A stretch of DNA of 64,000 bases from Gammaproteobacteria bacterium (GCA_022819855.1 JAJEGN010000005.1:261724-325723), one strand, 5' to 3'. Shown: positions 1 to 13,641, numbered from the stretch's first letter. Numbers and translations: made by a program. The notes: a model not told the origin generated them from the sequence alone.

Positions 1-6
1 CTCGCG

Positions 7-684
7 ATGTTCGCTGCAACGATCGCGTGCGCATTGCTTGTGCTGAGGGTCGCGCGGCTGTCGGTGCGCTCCTATCTGCCGGCGCTCGCGATCGGCAATC
101 ACGGCAACATGGGCTTACCGCTATGCGTGTTTGCGTTTGGCGAAACGGGCCTCGCGCTCGGCGTTGCAGTTTTTGTGACGGCGTCGGTCGTTCAGGTCAG
201 TTTTACGCCGATCCTGCAGTCGCAGGCTCCGCCTGTCCGGACACTTGTCACGACGCCCGTGATCTACGGCGCCGTGGTCGCATCGGTCGTCTTTGCCGGC
301 GATGTGCAATTGCCCGAGTGGGTCGCGACGTCGGTCGGCTTGCTCGGGGACGTCACGATCCCATTAATGCTGCTCGCGCTCGGCAACACCATTGGCGGGC
401 TGCGGGCGAAGCGCCTGCCGATGGCGCTGGCGCTCGGAGCGGCGCGGCTCCTCATCGGTTTCGCCATCGCGCTCGGCGTCGCGGAACTCTTCGGCCTGGA
501 AGGAATCTCGAGGGCCGTGCTGATACTGCAGGGTGCGATGCCGGCCGCGGTCTTCAACTATCTTTTCGCCGCGCGCTACGACCGTGATCCGGACGATGTC
601 GCAAGCATCGTGCTCACCTCGACGCTGCTGAGCGCCGCAACGTTGCCGCTGCTCGTGAGCTACGCCCTGGCGATCGCCGGCTGA
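7..684 (+). CDS. AEC (auxin efflux carrier) family membrane transporter, C-terminal part; the frame is open to the window edge so the true start is probably upstream
   Basis: Very hydrophobic multi-helix product (GNMGLPLCVFAFGE, ILQGAMPAAVFNYLFA, VASIVLTSTLLS) typical of the second half of AEC permeases, which are about 300 aa. Confidence 0.65.
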   Translation: MFAATIACALLVLRVARLSVRSYLPALAIGNHGNMGLPLCVFAFGETGLALGVAVFVTASVVQVSFTPILQSQAPPVRTLVTTPVIYGAVVASVVFAGDVQLPEWVATSVGLLGDVTIPLMLLALGNTIGGLRAKRLPMALALGAARLLIGFAIALGVAELFGLEGISRAVLILQGAMPAAVFNYLFAARYDRDPDDVASIVLTSTLLSAATLPLLVSYALAIAG

Positions 685-688
685 CCGC

Positions 689-1981
689 TCAGCCGGAGTC
701 GGCCGCCTCGAGAATCGCCGTCACGCCCATGCCGCCGGCCGTGCAGGCCGAGATCAGTCCCCGACCCGACCCGCGCTCGTGGAGGAGCTTCGCAAGCGTC
801 CCGAGCAGCCGGCCGCCGGTCGCGGCGAAGGGGTGCCCGACGGCAACGCTGCCACCCCTGACGTTGAGCTTCGCACGGTCGATGGAGCCCATCGGTTCGT
901 TTCGGCTCAGACGATCGCGGCAGAACCCCGGCGATTCCCACGCGGCGAGCGTGGCGAGCGCCTGCGCCGCGAACGCTTCGTGGATCTCGTAGAAATCAAA
1001 GTCCTGGAGTGCCAGGTCAGCCTGCTCGAGCATCTCGGAGACGGCGTAGGCCGGCGCCATGAGCAGCCCTTCGTCGTCGACGAAATTGACAGCGGCTTCC
1101 TTTCCGTGGGTCATCCAGGCCAGGATCGGCAGGCCGCGCTCCGCCGCCCACTCCTCCGAACACATGAGCACGGCCGATGCGCCATCGGTCAATGGCGTGC
1201 TGTTGCCGGCCGTCAGCGTGCCGGAACCGCTTCTGTCGAACACGGGCTTGAGACCGCCGAGCTGTTCGAGGCTCGAGTCGGGGCGGATGTTGTTGTCCTT
1301 GCCGACGCCCTGAAACTCGACGACGAGATCGTCGTAGAAGCCGTCGCGATACGCGCGCTCAGCGCTCGCGTGACTTGCAAGCGCGAGTTCATCCTGCGCT
1401 TCACGGGAGATGCCCCACTGCTTGACGGTGAGTTCCATGCTCTGGCCCATCGACAGGCCCGTTCGCGGCTCGGTCACGTTCGGCAGCACCGGCTTGAAGT
1501 GGCGCGGCCGAAGTCCAAGCCAGGGTCTGAGCCGCTGCCCGAGCGTCTTGCCGCTTGCGCTTGCGAACAACAGGCGCCGGTAGGCGTCCGGGTAGACCAC
1601 CGGTACGTCGCTGATGCTGTCGGTGCCGCCCGCGATACCGGAATCGATCATGCCGACGGCGATCTTGCTCGCGATGGCGGTCGCGGCCGACAGGCTCGTG
1701 CCGCAGGCCCGCTGAATGTCGAAGGCCGGGGTTTCGGGCGCGAGTCCCGAGGACAGCGTCGACTCGCGCGCGAGGTTGAAGTCGCGCGTATGCTTGATGA
1801 CCGCGCCAAGCGACACGTCGCCGAGCCGCTCGCCCTCGAGATCGTACCGGTCGACGAGCCCACGCAGCGCCGCCGTCATCATTTCCTTGTTCGAGCACGA
1901 GCGGTAGCTCGTGTAGGCGCGGCAAAACGGTATCCTGACAGCTCCGACAATCGCGACGCGCCGCGCCGTGTGGTTGCGCAT
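689..1981 (-). CDS. acetyl-CoA C-acyltransferase (thiolase)
   Basis: Thiolase motifs: active-site Cys context QRACGTSLSA, C-terminal NVRGGSVAVGHPFAATG and CTAGGMG. Start moved to internal ATG (MRNHTARRVAIVG, M19 of the track ORF), the usual thiolase N-terminus. Confidence 0.9.
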   Translation of the reverse strand: MRNHTARRVAIVGAVRIPFCRAYTSYRSCSNKEMMTAALRGLVDRYDLEGERLGDVSLGAVIKHTRDFNLARESTLSSGLAPETPAFDIQRACGTSLSAATAIASKIAVGMIDSGIAGGTDSISDVPVVYPDAYRRLLFASASGKTLGQRLRPWLGLRPRHFKPVLPNVTEPRTGLSMGQSMELTVKQWGISREAQDELALASHASAERAYRDGFYDDLVVEFQGVGKDNNIRPDSSLEQLGGLKPVFDRSGSGTLTAGNSTPLTDGASAVLMCSEEWAAERGLPILAWMTHGKEAAVNFVDDEGLLMAPAYAVSEMLEQADLALQDFDFYEIHEAFAAQALATLAAWESPGFCRDRLSRNEPMGSIDRAKLNVRGGSVAVGHPFAATGGRLLGTLAKLLHERGSGRGLISACTAGGMGVTAILEAADSG

Positions 1982-2129
1982 GGGCTTCCCTCCTGGAATC
2001 GCCCGAGTTCGTGTTCCAATCGCGTCACAATACAATGGACTTCGCGTTAGAGGAATCCGGATTTTCAGGATGATGCAGACCTTGCGCTCTGCCGGGGCCG
2101 CCGCGCGCTAGGCGCGGACTCGCGACGCG

Positions 2130-4193
2130 ATGTCTTTGCGCGCCCAGCTTCTGGCCTTCGGTCTGCTGACCCTCGTGCTGCCCTGGGCCGGGATGCGTTT
2201 CGTCCAGGAAATGGAGGCGGCGCTGCGCCGGGGTCTCGAGGCTTCGCTGCTCGCGAGCGCCGGAACCGTCGCTGCGGCCCTCGACGACGAGCCCGCGCTG
2301 ATTCGACCCGTGGGCGAACGGGCCGATGAACCTGCTCCGGTCGCAGCGACGATCTACGCCGAGTCGCTGCGCCGTGAACTCACGGTCGACGGATTCGGCG
2401 CCGATTGGGGCCCGGGCGAAGCGACGGTGCGGTCACTGCCGGGCGGCCACGAGTACCGGACCGGCGTCTACGGGCGCTACGCTTATCTTTTCGTCGCGGT
2501 CGCAGACCCTGACATCGTCCAGCAGGGCTCCCCCGGACAAACGCCTTACGGCGACCGCCTGCTGCTCATGCTCGAACCGGAAGCCGGCGTGTCGAATCCG
2601 CTGCTCCTCATGACCCGCGCGCCCGGACGATTCCGCGCTCAGCGGACGACGCCGCCGGATTACGCGCCGAGCGGCAGCTTCGAGGATCGGGTGCTGAGCG
2701 CCTGGCGATCCACCGCCGATGGCTACAGCGTCGAGGTCCGCGTTCCGCTGGACCTTGTCGGCGCTTCGCTCGGACTCGCAGTGATCGATGTCGATCCGAC
2801 AGGTGCTTCGGACTATTCGGTCGAACTCGGGTCGACCTGGCAAGGCGCGGGCGCCAGACCCTCCCGCTTCATCCACCAGCTTCCGCAATTGCAGGCGTTC
2901 GTGAATCAGTTCAGCCGCGCGGGAGACCGGTTCCGCGTCGTGAACCGCGACGGCTGGGTGCTTTCGGATGCCGGCGATGTCGAGTCGGGCGCTGCGGCGG
3001 CCGGCGCAAGCGCGACGACGCTTGCCGAGCGCCTGTTCCGTTCGCTGCTGCGCCGTGACGACGCCGGATACGGAACGCTCGAGGAACCGTTCGGCCGTCT
3101 CGGCGATGCTGCGCTCAGGGCAGCCCTGGACGGGGAGCCTGCGACGGCGTGGTTCCGCCGGGGACCCGAGGACAGCGCGATCGTTGCGGCCGCCGCACCG
3201 ATTCGCGGTCCGGACGGCGTGCTCGGCGCCGTACTGCTCGAACAGGCCAGCGATCCGATCCTGACACTCACGAACCAGGCGCTGATGCGGCTCATGATGT
3301 TCACGCTGCTCGCAAGCCTGCTCGCCGCGGCAGGGCTTCTCGCCTACGCGACATTTCTTTCGCTGCGAGTCAGAAAGCTCGCGCGCGCGGCCGAAACCGC
3401 GCTCGGACCGAAGGGTGAGATTCAGGTCGCCGTGCCCGGCCGCGGGGCACGCGACGAACTTGGGGATCTCGCCCGCAGCTTCGCGGATCTGCTCAGACGC
3501 CTTCGCGAGCACACGGACTATCTGCGTACGCTGACGAGCAAGCTGTCGCACGAACTGCGAACGCCGCTGGCAGTCGTCTCGACCTCGCTCGACAATCTCG
3601 AGCAGGAACCTGACAGGGACGCGGCGCAGGTCTATATGCGCCGGCTGCGCGGCGGGACCGAGCGTCTCGACTCGATACTGGTGGCGATGAGCGAAGCCAC
3701 GCGGATGGAGCACGCGATCGAGGAGACCACGCCCGAAGTGTTCGATCTGGCGTCCGTCGTCGAGGCCTGCAGCAAGGCGTATGGCGACGTTTACTCCGAG
3801 CGCAGTTTCGCCTGCGAACTGCAGACCGACGGGCCGGCCATCGTGAAGGGCTCCGGCGATCTGGTCGCGCAGCTCATGGACAAGCTCATCGACAATGCCG
3901 TCGGTTTCAGCCCGGCCGGCAGCAGGATCGGAATCGCGCTTGTCGGCGCGCCGTCGGAGTTCGTCCTGTCCGTCAGCAACACGGGCTCGGCGCTGCCGGA
4001 GTCGATGCGCGAGCAACTGTTCGATTCACTGGTGTCGATTCGCAAGCGCCGTGACGACCGGCCGCATCTTGGGCTCGGGCTTTACATCGTCGCGCTGATC
4101 GCCAGGTTCCACGACGGTCGCGTGGAGGCCGACAATCGACTGGACGGGGACGGCGTCGTGTTTCGCGTCCATTTTCCACGTTACGCGGAGTAG
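2130..4193 (+). CDS. membrane sensor histidine kinase with a large (about 380 aa) periplasmic domain, HAMP-like linker, HisKA and HATPase_c
   Basis: N-terminal TM helix (LLAFGLLTLVLPWAG), second TM (LMMFTLLASLLAAAGLLAYATFL), H-box LSHELRTPLAVV, N-box LIDNAVGFS, G-box GLGLYIV. Confidence 0.85.
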   Translation: MSLRAQLLAFGLLTLVLPWAGMRFVQEMEAALRRGLEASLLASAGTVAAALDDEPALIRPVGERADEPAPVAATIYAESLRRELTVDGFGADWGPGEATVRSLPGGHEYRTGVYGRYAYLFVAVADPDIVQQGSPGQTPYGDRLLLMLEPEAGVSNPLLLMTRAPGRFRAQRTTPPDYAPSGSFEDRVLSAWRSTADGYSVEVRVPLDLVGASLGLAVIDVDPTGASDYSVELGSTWQGAGARPSRFIHQLPQLQAFVNQFSRAGDRFRVVNRDGWVLSDAGDVESGAAAAGASATTLAERLFRSLLRRDDAGYGTLEEPFGRLGDAALRAALDGEPATAWFRRGPEDSAIVAAAAPIRGPDGVLGAVLLEQASDPILTLTNQALMRLMMFTLLASLLAAAGLLAYATFLSLRVRKLARAAETALGPKGEIQVAVPGRGARDELGDLARSFADLLRRLREHTDYLRTLTSKLSHELRTPLAVVSTSLDNLEQEPDRDAAQVYMRRLRGGTERLDSILVAMSEATRMEHAIEETTPEVFDLASVVEACSKAYGDVYSERSFACELQTDGPAIVKGSGDLVAQLMDKLIDNAVGFSPAGSRIGIALVGAPSEFVLSVSNTGSALPESMREQLFDSLVSIRKRRDDRPHLGLGLYIVALIARFHDGRVEADNRLDGDGVVFRVHFPRYAE

Positions 4194-4255
4194 CAAGCGC
4201 CGGGGCGCTCCCGGCATAAGGCATTGCGAAGCGGCGGGCGCAGGCGCCTGGCGCG

Positions 4256-4888
4256 CTAAGCGGAGCAGCGCACGCCGGTACCCCCGATTCCGCAGTATCC
4301 GGCCGGATTCCTGGCAAGGTACTGCTGATGGTAGTCCTCGGCGTAGTAGAACTCGGGCGCTGCGCGGATCTCGGTCGTGATCGCGCCGTAGCCTGCCTCG
4401 GCGAGCCGGCTCTGGTAGCGTTCGAGGCTCCGCTCGGCCTTGTCGTGCTGCGCCTCGCCGGCTGTGTAGATCGCCGAGCGGTACTGCGTGCCGATGTCGG
4501 CGCCTTGCCGCATGCCCTGCGTCGGGTCATGCGACTCCCAGAAGATCGTCAGCAATTCGTCGTAGCTAACGGCCGCGGGATCGTGGACGACGAGCACGAC
4601 CTCGGTGTGGCCGGTCATTCCCGAGCAGACTTCCTCGTAGGTCGCGTTCGGCGTGTAGCCTCCGGCGTAACCGACCGCTGTCGTGTAAACGCCGTCGGCA
4701 AGCCAGAAGCTCCGTTCTGCGCCCCAGAAGCAGCCCATCCCGAACACGGCGCGCTCAAGTCCTTGCGGGAACGGCGGCTTGATCGGTCGGCCGAGGACGA
4801 AATGCGTGTCGGCGACGGCGAGCGGTTCCGCACGCCCGGCAAGTGCGCGTTCGGCGCTGACCAGGGCAGGCTGTCTCAGGGCGAACAT
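4256..4888 (-). CDS. msrA: peptide-methionine (S)-S-oxide reductase
   Basis: GMGCFWGAE active-site motif and full-length MsrA-like 210 aa. The track ORF 4256..5656 is trimmed to the ATG at 4886-4888; its upstream part overlaps gltD in another frame. Confidence 0.93.
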   Translation of the reverse strand: MFALRQPALVSAERALAGRAEPLAVADTHFVLGRPIKPPFPQGLERAVFGMGCFWGAERSFWLADGVYTTAVGYAGGYTPNATYEEVCSGMTGHTEVVLVVHDPAAVSYDELLTIFWESHDPTQGMRQGADIGTQYRSAIYTAGEAQHDKAERSLERYQSRLAEAGYGAITTEIRAAPEFYYAEDYHQQYLARNPAGYCGIGGTGVRCSA

Positions 4889-4973
4889 GCGATCCGCCGG
4901 TCTGCGCAGCTTGTGCAAAAGCCGCGAACGCTCACCCGTGCGGGCTGTATAACGGTGCACATGCGGGCAAGGC

Positions 4974-6467
<1,494 letters not shown>

Positions 6468-6484
6468 GCTCGCGGCATCTCCGC

Positions 6485-9400
6485 CTATCTGCCGCCGGCC
6501 GCGACAGCAGGTGCGGCCTGTTCCCGAGCCGCGGCCGCGAGCTCCCGGTCGCGCTGTGTGCTTGCGGCGCGCTTGCGCTCCTCGGCCTCGCGCTCGGCGA
6601 GCACTCGCTTGTAGTCGGTCGGCATGACCTTGACGAACCGCGGGAGCACGTTCGGCCAGTCCTCAAGTACCCGCGCGGCGACCTCGGACCCGGTGTACTT
6701 CCGGTGCAGTTCGATCAGTTCGCGAAGCTCCGCGATGTCTTCGTCGACTTCGATGGCCTCAAGCTCCACCAGCTCCATGTTGCACTTCTGCGCGAAATCG
6801 CCGTCGGTATCGAGCACGTAGGCGACGCCGCCGGACATGCCCGCCGCGAAATTGCGTCCCGTTCGGCCGAGCACGATGGCGCGTCCGCCCGTCATGTACT
6901 CGCAGGCATGGTCGCCCACGCCCTCGATCACGGCCCGGGCGCCGCTGTTGCGCACGCAGAAGCGCTCGGCGCACTGCCCGCGGAAGAACGCGCGCCCGCC
7001 GGTGGCGCCGTAGAGCGCGACGTTGCCGATCAGGACGTTGTCGGCCGCGACGAAGGTGCTCTCGCGCGGCGGATAAACGATCAGGTCGCCGCCGGAGAGC
7101 CCCTTGCCGACGTAGTCGTTGCCGTCGCCTTCCAGTTCGAGCGTGACCCCGCGGGCGAGAAAGGCGCCGAAGCTCTGACCGGCGGAGCCCGTGAGCTTGA
7201 CGTGGATCGTGTCCGGAGGCAGTCCCCGCTCGCCCCACTTCTTGACGAGTTCATGGCTGAGTATCGTGCCGACGGTACGGTTCGTGTTCACGATCGGGAG
7301 GTCGATCCGCGTCTTGCAGCCGTTCGCGAGCGACTCCCCGGCAAGCTCGAGCAGGCGGTTGTCGAGCGCTCGGTCGAGGCCGTGGTCCTGCTCGCGCGTG
7401 CAATAGACGCCAACCGCGTCATGAGGCCTGACCGCGGGCGCGAGGATCGGCGAGAGATCCAGGCCGTCGGCCTTCCAGTGGTCGACGGCCCGGCGCGTGC
7501 GCAGCGCATCGGTGCGGCCGATCATGTCGACGAAGCGGCGGAAGCCGAGCCCCGCCATGATCTCGCGCGCCTCTTCGGCGACCATGAAGAGATAGTTGAC
7601 GACGTGCTCGGGCTGACCCGTGAACTTCTTTCTGAGTTCCGCGTCCTGGGTCGCGATGCCTACCGGACAGGTGTTGAGGTGGCATTTGCGCATCATGATG
7701 CAGCCGAGCGCGACGAGCGGCGCGGTCGAGAAGCCCATTTCCTCGGCGCCGAGCAGCGCCGCGATGACAACGTCGCGGCCGGTCTTGAGTCCGCCGTCGG
7801 TCTGCAGGACGGTGCGGCTGCGAAGATCGTTGAGCACGAGCGTCTGGTGCGTCTCGGCGATGCCGAGTTCCCAGGGGAGCCCCGCGTGTTTGATGCTCGT
7901 GAGCGGCGACGCGCCCGTGCCGCCGGAGTCGCCCGAGATCAGGACGTGATCGGCGTGCGCCTTGACGACGCCCGCCGCGATCGTGCCGACGCCGACCTCG
8001 GAGACGAGCTTGACGCTGACCCGCGCTGAAGGGTTGGAGTTCTTCAGATCGTGGATCAGTTGCGCGAGATCCTCGATCGAATAGATGTCGTGGTGCGGCG
8101 GGGGGCTGATCAGGCCGACGCCGGGGGTCGAATAGCGGATGCGCGCAATGTTCTCGTCGACCTTGCGGCCCGGCAGCTCGCCGCCCTCGCCGGGCTTGGC
8201 GCCCTGGGCCATCTTGATCTGCAGCTCGTCGGAGTTCGTCAGGTACCAGATCGTGACGCCGAATCGGCCGGAGGCCACCTGTTTGATCGCCGAACGCCGC
8301 GAGTCGCCGTTCGGCAGCGGCACGAAGCGCTCCGGATCCTCGCCGCCCTCGCCCGTATTGCTCCTGCCGCCGAGGCGGTTCAGCGCGACCGCGAGCGCCT
8401 CATGCGATTCGGCCGAGATCGAGCCGAAGCTCATGGCCCCGGTACAGAAGCGCTTGACGATCTCGCTCGCGGGCTCGACTTCGTCGAGCGGCACGGGGCC
8501 GCCCGCGGCGCCAGGTTCGAACTCGAGGAGCCCCCGCAGCGTCGCGGCATTGCGCGCCTCGGCGTTGGCGTGTTCGGCAAACTGTCGATAGGCGTTCCTG
8601 TCGTCGCGGCGTGCGGCGACCTGCAGGGAGAAGATCGTCGTCGGATCCCATTCGTGCTGCTCGCCGGCGCTGCGCCAGTGAAAGTCGCCCGGATTCGGCA
8701 GCGACAAGGAGCGATCCTCCTCGTCTTCCGGGTAGCCGAGTGCATGCCGGCGTGCGGATTCGTGCTCGAGCACCTCGAAACCGACGCCCTGCAGCCGGCT
8801 CGGCGTGCCGGCAAAAGCCTTGTCGATGACCTCGTCGGCGAGGCCGAGGGCCTCGAAGATCTGCGCGCCCTTGTAAGACGCCAGAGTCGAGATGCCCATC
8901 TTGGCCATGACCTTGAGCATCCCCTTGGCGACGCCCTTCCGATAAGCTTCGACGAGCTTCGTGTCCGCGGGAATCAGGCCGTCCTCACGAGCCTGCCACA
9001 GGGCCTCGAACGCGAGATAGGGATTGATCGCGTCGGCGCCGTAGCCGATCAGAAGGCAATGCTGGTGGACCTCGCGCGCTTCGCCGCTCTCGAGGACGAT
9101 GCCGATGCGCGTGCGTTTCTCGCGCCTCACGAGATGGTGGTGCACGGCGCCGCAGGCGAGCAGCGTGCTCAGCGGGATGCGGTCCGGGCCGATACGCCGG
9201 TCGGAGAGCACGACGATGCTGTAGCCGTCGTCGATCGCCTGCTCGGCTTCAAGGCTGATCCGGTCGAGCGCAGCGACGAGGCCGCCGGAGATCTCACTGC
9301 GGTCATACGTGATGTCGATGGTTTTCGACCGCCAGCCATGGTGGTCCATCGACTGGATCGCGGCCAGATCCTCGTTCGAGAGGATCGGGTGGCGCAGCCT

Positions 9401-11221
9401 GAGCCGGTGCGCATGGCCTTCGCTCGGGTCGAGCAGGTTGCCCTCGGGGCCGATGTAGCACTCGAGCGACATGATGATCTCTTCGCGGATCGAATCGATC
9501 GGCGGGTTCGTCACCTGCGCGAACAACTGCTTGAAATAGTCGTAGAGCATCCGCGAACGGTCGCTGAGACAGGCGAGCGCACTGTCGTTGCCCATCGAGC
9601 CCACGGGGTCGCGCAACTGCTCGACGAGCGGCTGCAGCATGAACTGCATGGTCTCCGTCGTGTAGCCGAAGGCCTGCATGCGCGCAAGCAGCGTGTCCTG
9701 ATCGAAGCGCCGCGGTGCGGCTTCCGTATCGAGTTCGTCGAGCGTCAAACGCTGTGCCTCGAGCCACTTCGCGTAGGGATGCCGGCGTGCGAACTCGTTC
9801 TTGAGGTCCTCGTCGGGAACGAGGCGCCCCTCCTCGAAGTTGATGAGGAACATGCGGCCGGGTTCCAACCGGCCCTTGGCCTTGACGTTGCCGGGATCGA
9901 TCGGAACGACGCCGACCTCGCTGGCCATGACCACGCGGTCGTCGTGCGTCAGGTAGTAGCGGCTCGGGCGCAGGCCGTTGCGGTCGAGCACGGCGCCGAT
10001 GTAGCGGCCGTCGGTGAAGGCGATCGAGGCCGGGCCGTCCCACGGCTCCATGATGCAGGACTGGTATTCGTAGAACGCGCGCTTCGTTTCCGACATGAGC
10101 TCGTTCTTCTGCCAGGCCTCCGGGATCATCATCATCACCGATTCCTGCAGCGTCCGGCCCGTCATGAGCAGGAACTCGAGCACGTTGTCGAAGACGCCGG
10201 AGTCGGAGCAGTCGGGCTCGACGACCGGGAAGAGGTCGCGCAGCGAGTCGCCGAAGAGCGCGCTCTGCATGACGCCTTCGCGAGCCTTCATCCAGTTCTC
10301 ATTGCCGCGCAGCGTGTTGATCTCGCCGTTGTGGCACATGAAGCGGTTGGGCTGGGCGCGGTCCCAGCTCGGGAAGGTGTTCGTCGAGAACCGCGAGTGC
10401 ACCATCGCCAGGTGGCTCTTGTAGTCCGGATCGTTGAGGTCGTCGAAGAAGTCCGGCAACTGGCTCGGCGTGAGCATGCCCTTGTAGATCAGCACCTTCG
10501 TCGAGAGGCTGCAGATGTAGAAGGACTTGGCCTCGGCAAGCGAGCTGTCGCCGCGAAGTCTGTGGCTTGCGCGCTTGCGGATCAGGTAGAGCTTGCGCTC
10601 GAATGCGTCGCCTTCAAGGCCGTGCCCGGCCGAGACCACCATCTGTTCGATACGCGGGGCAGCCGCGAGTGCCGAATCGCCGAGATCGGCCCGGTCCGGA
10701 CGCACCGGGACGGCGCGCCAGCCTACGAGTTCCTGACCCTCCGAGGCGCAAATCTCGGCCACCACGGCCTTGCAGTGCTCGCGTTCGGCGGGGTCCGTTG
10801 GCAGAAACGTGACGCCGGCGGCAAAACGGCCTGGAGCCGGAAGTTCGGCGCCGAGATCCTCGCGAACGACCTTGCGCAGGAACTCGTGGGGCAACGCAGT
10901 GAGGATGCCCGCGCCGTCGCCCGTGTTGGGCTCCGCGCCGCGGGCGCCGCGGTGATCCATCCGGCACAGAAGATGGTCGGCGTCGCGGATGATCTGGTGA
11001 CTGCGTTCGCCCTTGATGTGGGCGACGAAACCGACGCCGCAGCTATCGTGCTCGTATTCCGGCCTGTAGAGGCCCTGCGGCCCGGGTGCGGTCGTGGTGC
11101 GTGCGCCGCTCATGGGTCCGTCACCCTGCGGTTTGCCATGAGCCGGGGAACGGCCGGAAACAGGCATGCCCGCGGCGTTGCCGCCGAGCGCTGAGTCCTG
11201 TTGTCGACCCTTTGAGGTCAT
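6485..11221 (-). CDS. gltB: glutamate synthase large subunit
   Basis: 1578 aa. Ntn-amidotransferase Cys in [18 protein letters not shown]/Fe-S central domain, C-terminal GXGXG beta-helix domain. The true start may be an internal Met (MSGARTT, M37). Confidence 0.95.
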   Translation of the reverse strand: MTSKGRQQDSALGGNAAGMPVSGRSPAHGKPQGDGPMSGARTTTAPGPQGLYRPEYEHDSCGVGFVAHIKGERSHQIIRDADHLLCRMDHRGARGAEPNTGDGAGILTALPHEFLRKVVREDLGAELPAPGRFAAGVTFLPTDPAEREHCKAVVAEICASEGQELVGWRAVPVRPDRADLGDSALAAAPRIEQMVVSAGHGLEGDAFERKLYLIRKRASHRLRGDSSLAEAKSFYICSLSTKVLIYKGMLTPSQLPDFFDDLNDPDYKSHLAMVHSRFSTNTFPSWDRAQPNRFMCHNGEINTLRGNENWMKAREGVMQSALFGDSLRDLFPVVEPDCSDSGVFDNVLEFLLMTGRTLQESVMMMIPEAWQKNELMSETKRAFYEYQSCIMEPWDGPASIAFTDGRYIGAVLDRNGLRPSRYYLTHDDRVVMASEVGVVPIDPGNVKAKGRLEPGRMFLINFEEGRLVPDEDLKNEFARRHPYAKWLEAQRLTLDELDTEAAPRRFDQDTLLARMQAFGYTTETMQFMLQPLVEQLRDPVGSMGNDSALACLSDRSRMLYDYFKQLFAQVTNPPIDSIREEIIMSLECYIGPEGNLLDPSEGHAHRLRLRHPILSNEDLAAIQSMDHHGWRSKTIDITYDRSEISGGLVAALDRISLEAEQAIDDGYSIVVLSDRRIGPDRIPLSTLLACGAVHHHLVRREKRTRIGIVLESGEAREVHQHCLLIGYGADAINPYLAFEALWQAREDGLIPADTKLVEAYRKGVAKGMLKVMAKMGISTLASYKGAQIFEALGLADEVIDKAFAGTPSRLQGVGFEVLEHESARRHALGYPEDEEDRSLSLPNPGDFHWRSAGEQHEWDPTTIFSLQVAARRDDRNAYRQFAEHANAEARNAATLRGLLEFEPGAAGGPVPLDEVEPASEIVKRFCTGAMSFGSISAESHEALAVALNRLGGRSNTGEGGEDPERFVPLPNGDSRRSAIKQVASGRFGVTIWYLTNSDELQIKMAQGAKPGEGGELPGRKVDENIARIRYSTPGVGLISPPPHHDIYSIEDLAQLIHDLKNSNPSARVSVKLVSEVGVGTIAAGVVKAHADHVLISGDSGGTGASPLTSIKHAGLPWELGIAETHQTLVLNDLRSRTVLQTDGGLKTGRDVVIAALLGAEEMGFSTAPLVALGCIMMRKCHLNTCPVGIATQDAELRKKFTGQPEHVVNYLFMVAEEAREIMAGLGFRRFVDMIGRTDALRTRRAVDHWKADGLDLSPILAPAVRPHDAVGVYCTREQDHGLDRALDNRLLELAGESLANGCKTRIDLPIVNTNRTVGTILSHELVKKWGERGLPPDTIHVKLTGSAGQSFGAFLARGVTLELEGDGNDYVGKGLSGGDLIVYPPRESTFVAADNVLIGNVALYGATGGRAFFRGQCAERFCVRNSGARAVIEGVGDHACEYMTGGRAIVLGRTGRNFAAGMSGGVAYVLDTDGDFAQKCNMELVELEAIEVDEDIAELRELIELHRKYTGSEVAARVLEDWPNVLPRFVKVMPTDYKRVLAEREAEERKRAASTQRDRELAAAAREQAAPAVAAGGR

Positions 11222-11403
11222 GGCTTCCCCGTGCGGAGTCGGCGCTCGCTCCGCTTGGCTAAACGAAATGTGCAGGCTGGGGATACGCGCAGGTCAGTTG
11301 CGCAGTGCCGTTCCGTGGTCGGATCTCAGCGGTCTTGGCTCCTGTTACCGGCCCCAGCAAACGTGTGCCGACCGCCAACTATAAGAAACGGCGGAACCGT
11401 GCG

Positions 11404-12102
11404 TCAATCGGTCTCCCAGCGGTAGCCCATGCCGTAAACGGTGCCGATTGCGGCGAAATCGGGGTCCAGTGCGGCGAATTTTGCCCGGATCCGCTTGATC
11501 TGCGAGGTGACCGTGCTGTCGTCGAGGACGACGTTTGCCGCCGCCATGAGCTGGTCGCGATTTCGCACGTGGCCGGGTCGGCGGGCGAGCGCATGGACCA
11601 CCCAGAACTCGGTGACCGTGAGCGCAATGGGTTGCCCGCGCCACGTCGCCGACATCCGGTCGCGGTCGAGCGCGAGCGAGCCCCGTTCGATCCGCTCGCC
11701 GTCGCTCGAACTCGAACTCAACGCATCGGTGCGCCGGAACAGCGCCGCGACGCGGGCGAGCAGGTGTTCGATGCTGATGTTCTTCGTGAGGTAGTCGTCG
11801 GCGCCGAGCCTCAGTCCAGACACGACATCGAGCTCGCTCTCGCGCGCCGTGAGGAAGATGATCGGCAACTGTGCCGATCGCGCCCGAAGTTCCCGGCAGA
11901 GCTCGAAGCCGCCTTCGATCTCGTCGCCGAGGTTGATGTCGATGATGACGAGGTCCGGCAGGCGGCTCGCGAATCCGGCCAGCGCTTCGCGGCGCGTGGC
12001 GTAAGCGGCCACGCGATAGCCTTCGCGGCGCAGGCGCTCGGCGTAGTTGTCCCGGATCGCCGTTTCGTCCTCGACGATGGCGACGATCTTCCGTGACGGC
12101 AC
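11404..12102 (-). CDS. OmpR-family response regulator (receiver + winged-helix DNA-binding domain), no adjacent kinase
   Basis: Receiver motifs VAIVEDE, DLVIIDINLGD, LTAR; C-terminal wHTH LTVTEFWVVHALA and YGMGYRWE. Confidence 0.9.
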   Translation of the reverse strand: MPSRKIVAIVEDETAIRDNYAERLRREGYRVAAYATRREALAGFASRLPDLVIIDINLGDEIEGGFELCRELRARSAQLPIIFLTARESELDVVSGLRLGADDYLTKNISIEHLLARVAALFRRTDALSSSSSDGERIERGSLALDRDRMSATWRGQPIALTVTEFWVVHALARRPGHVRNRDQLMAAANVVLDDSTVTSQIKRIRAKFAALDPDFAAIGTVYGMGYRWETD

Positions 12103-12121
12103 GTTGAGCGCTCCGGTCGCG

Positions 12122-12589
12122 TCAGTAAGGGATGCGCAGGCGCCGGTAAACTGTCGCGAGCAGCCACAGCGGACCGATCATCAGGTATTGGAGGTCCCTG
12201 AAGAACGACGGCGGTTTGCCTTCGATCCGGTGGCCGATGAACTGCCCGAGCCAGCCCAGGACGAACGCGGCGGCGGAGATGAGCCACAGCGGCGTCGCGA
12301 GCCCGTCGGCCCAGGACACGATGACGACGACGAGAACCAGGAACGGCAGGATTCCGAACGCGAGGCTCAGCGACATGATGAAGTAATAGACGACCGACGC
12401 CATGATGAAGAGCGTGCCCCAGTTCAGCACGGGCGAGGACTCGCTGAACGTCGCGGGAACGGGCAGCGACCACAGCAGCCCGATCAGGCTCGTCACGATC
12501 AGCGGAACACAGACCCAGTGCAGCGCCTTGTTGGCGGCATGGCCGTGATCCCTGCCGTATTCCTCAAGCCACTGGTCGGCTGCGGACAT
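12122..12589 (-). CDS. DUF962 / Mpo1-like small integral membrane protein
   Basis: 155 aa with four predicted helices. N-terminal YGRDHGHAANKALHWVCVP pattern recalled from DUF962 proteins. Confidence 0.65.
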   Translation of the reverse strand: MSAADQWLEEYGRDHGHAANKALHWVCVPLIVTSLIGLLWSLPVPATFSESSPVLNWGTLFIMASVVYYFIMSLSLAFGILPFLVLVVVIVSWADGLATPLWLISAAAFVLGWLGQFIGHRIEGKPPSFFRDLQYLMIGPLWLLATVYRRLRIPY

Positions 12590-12715
12590 GCGCTTGCCAC
12601 CCGTTTCGATTCTGCCGTCGACGGTAAGCCGTCAGTTCGCCGGGTCGTGGGATCCTGGCGCCCGTCGGCATGATAACGCGAGCGGGTTCGCTGCTACGCG
12701 CGGGTTCTCCGGGCG

Positions 12716-13600
12716 CTAGCTTACAGCCGCCAGGCTGCCCGCGTCGGGCGGCATCAGGGCCTTGAGCTTGCGCATCGCGTTCGCCTCGATCTGGCGGATC
12801 CGCTCGGCCGAGACCTCGTACTCGGCCGCAAGCTCGTGCAGCGTGGATTTCGACTCGCCGAGCCAGCGGCGCGCGACGATGTCGCGGCTGCGTTCATCGA
12901 GCTGGTCGAGTGCCTGGTGGAGATGGGCGTGCGTGGAGTCGGCCCAGTCCTGCTGCTCGACGGCGCTGGCGGGGTCCTCGTCGGGACTCGGCAGGTACGC
13001 GGCGGGCGAGTATTCGTCGTCTTCGCCCGGGCCCGGGTCGTAGCTCATGTCGCGGCCGCTGAGCCGGCTTTCCATCTCGGTGACTTCGCGCGGGGTGACG
13101 CCGAGATCCCTGGCGATGGCCTCGGTCTCCTCCTGGTTCAGCCAGCCGAGGTGCGACTTGGCCTTGCGCAGGTTGAAGAACAGCTTCCTCTGGGCCTTCG
13201 TCGTCGCGACCTTGACGAGCCGCCAGTTGCGCAGGACGAATTCGTGAATCTCGGCGCGGATCCAGTGCACGGCGAAGGAGACGAGGCGCGTGCCGACCTC
13301 GGGATCGAAACGCTTGACGGCCTTCATGAGGCCGACGTTGCCTTCCTGGATCAGGTCGCCGAGCTGCAGGCCGTAGCCGGAATAGCCGCGCGCGATGTGC
13401 ACGACGAAACGCAGATGCGCGAGCACGAGGGCACGGGCGGCATCGAGGTCGCCGTGCTCCTGCAGGCGCGTCGCGAGCTCGTATTCCTCTTCGGCGCTCA
13501 GCACCGGAATGCTGTTGACGGCCTGGGTATATTGATCCAGGCTGCCGAGCGGTCCGCTCAGGACGAGATCTTCGGGTCGTCGAACCAGCGCAGTCGTCAC
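12716..13600 (-). CDS. rpoH: RNA polymerase sigma-32 (heat-shock sigma factor)
   Basis: RpoH box [12 protein letters not shown], region 2 [19 protein letters not shown], region 4 SAERIRQIE. Conserved position downstream of ftsYEX. Confidence 0.95.
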   Translation of the reverse strand: MTTALVRRPEDLVLSGPLGSLDQYTQAVNSIPVLSAEEEYELATRLQEHGDLDAARALVLAHLRFVVHIARGYSGYGLQLGDLIQEGNVGLMKAVKRFDPEVGTRLVSFAVHWIRAEIHEFVLRNWRLVKVATTKAQRKLFFNLRKAKSHLGWLNQEETEAIARDLGVTPREVTEMESRLSGRDMSYDPGPGEDDEYSPAAYLPSPDEDPASAVEQQDWADSTHAHLHQALDQLDERSRDIVARRWLGESKSTLHELAAEYEVSAERIRQIEANAMRKLKALMPPDAGSLAAVS

Positions 13601-13641
13601 GGCGTTCTCTCCTGCAGTCTGAAATGCCGCGGGGGGCGAAT

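Noticed and set aside
8051-11194. 1047-aa ORF on the plus strand, and similar long ORFs at 779..2050, 2433..4016, 5154..6614, 16944..18053, 21176..23005, 33373..34740, 36494..37705, 44864..47002 and 48042..49424
   Set aside because: All lie antisense to genes with unmistakable conserved motifs (gltB, thiolase, kinase, gltD, ggt, desaturase, coaBC, TonB-dependent receptor, transporter). Their products are Arg/Ala/Gly/Pro-rich with no motifs. This is the classic stop-codon-poor antisense-frame artefact of high-GC DNA.
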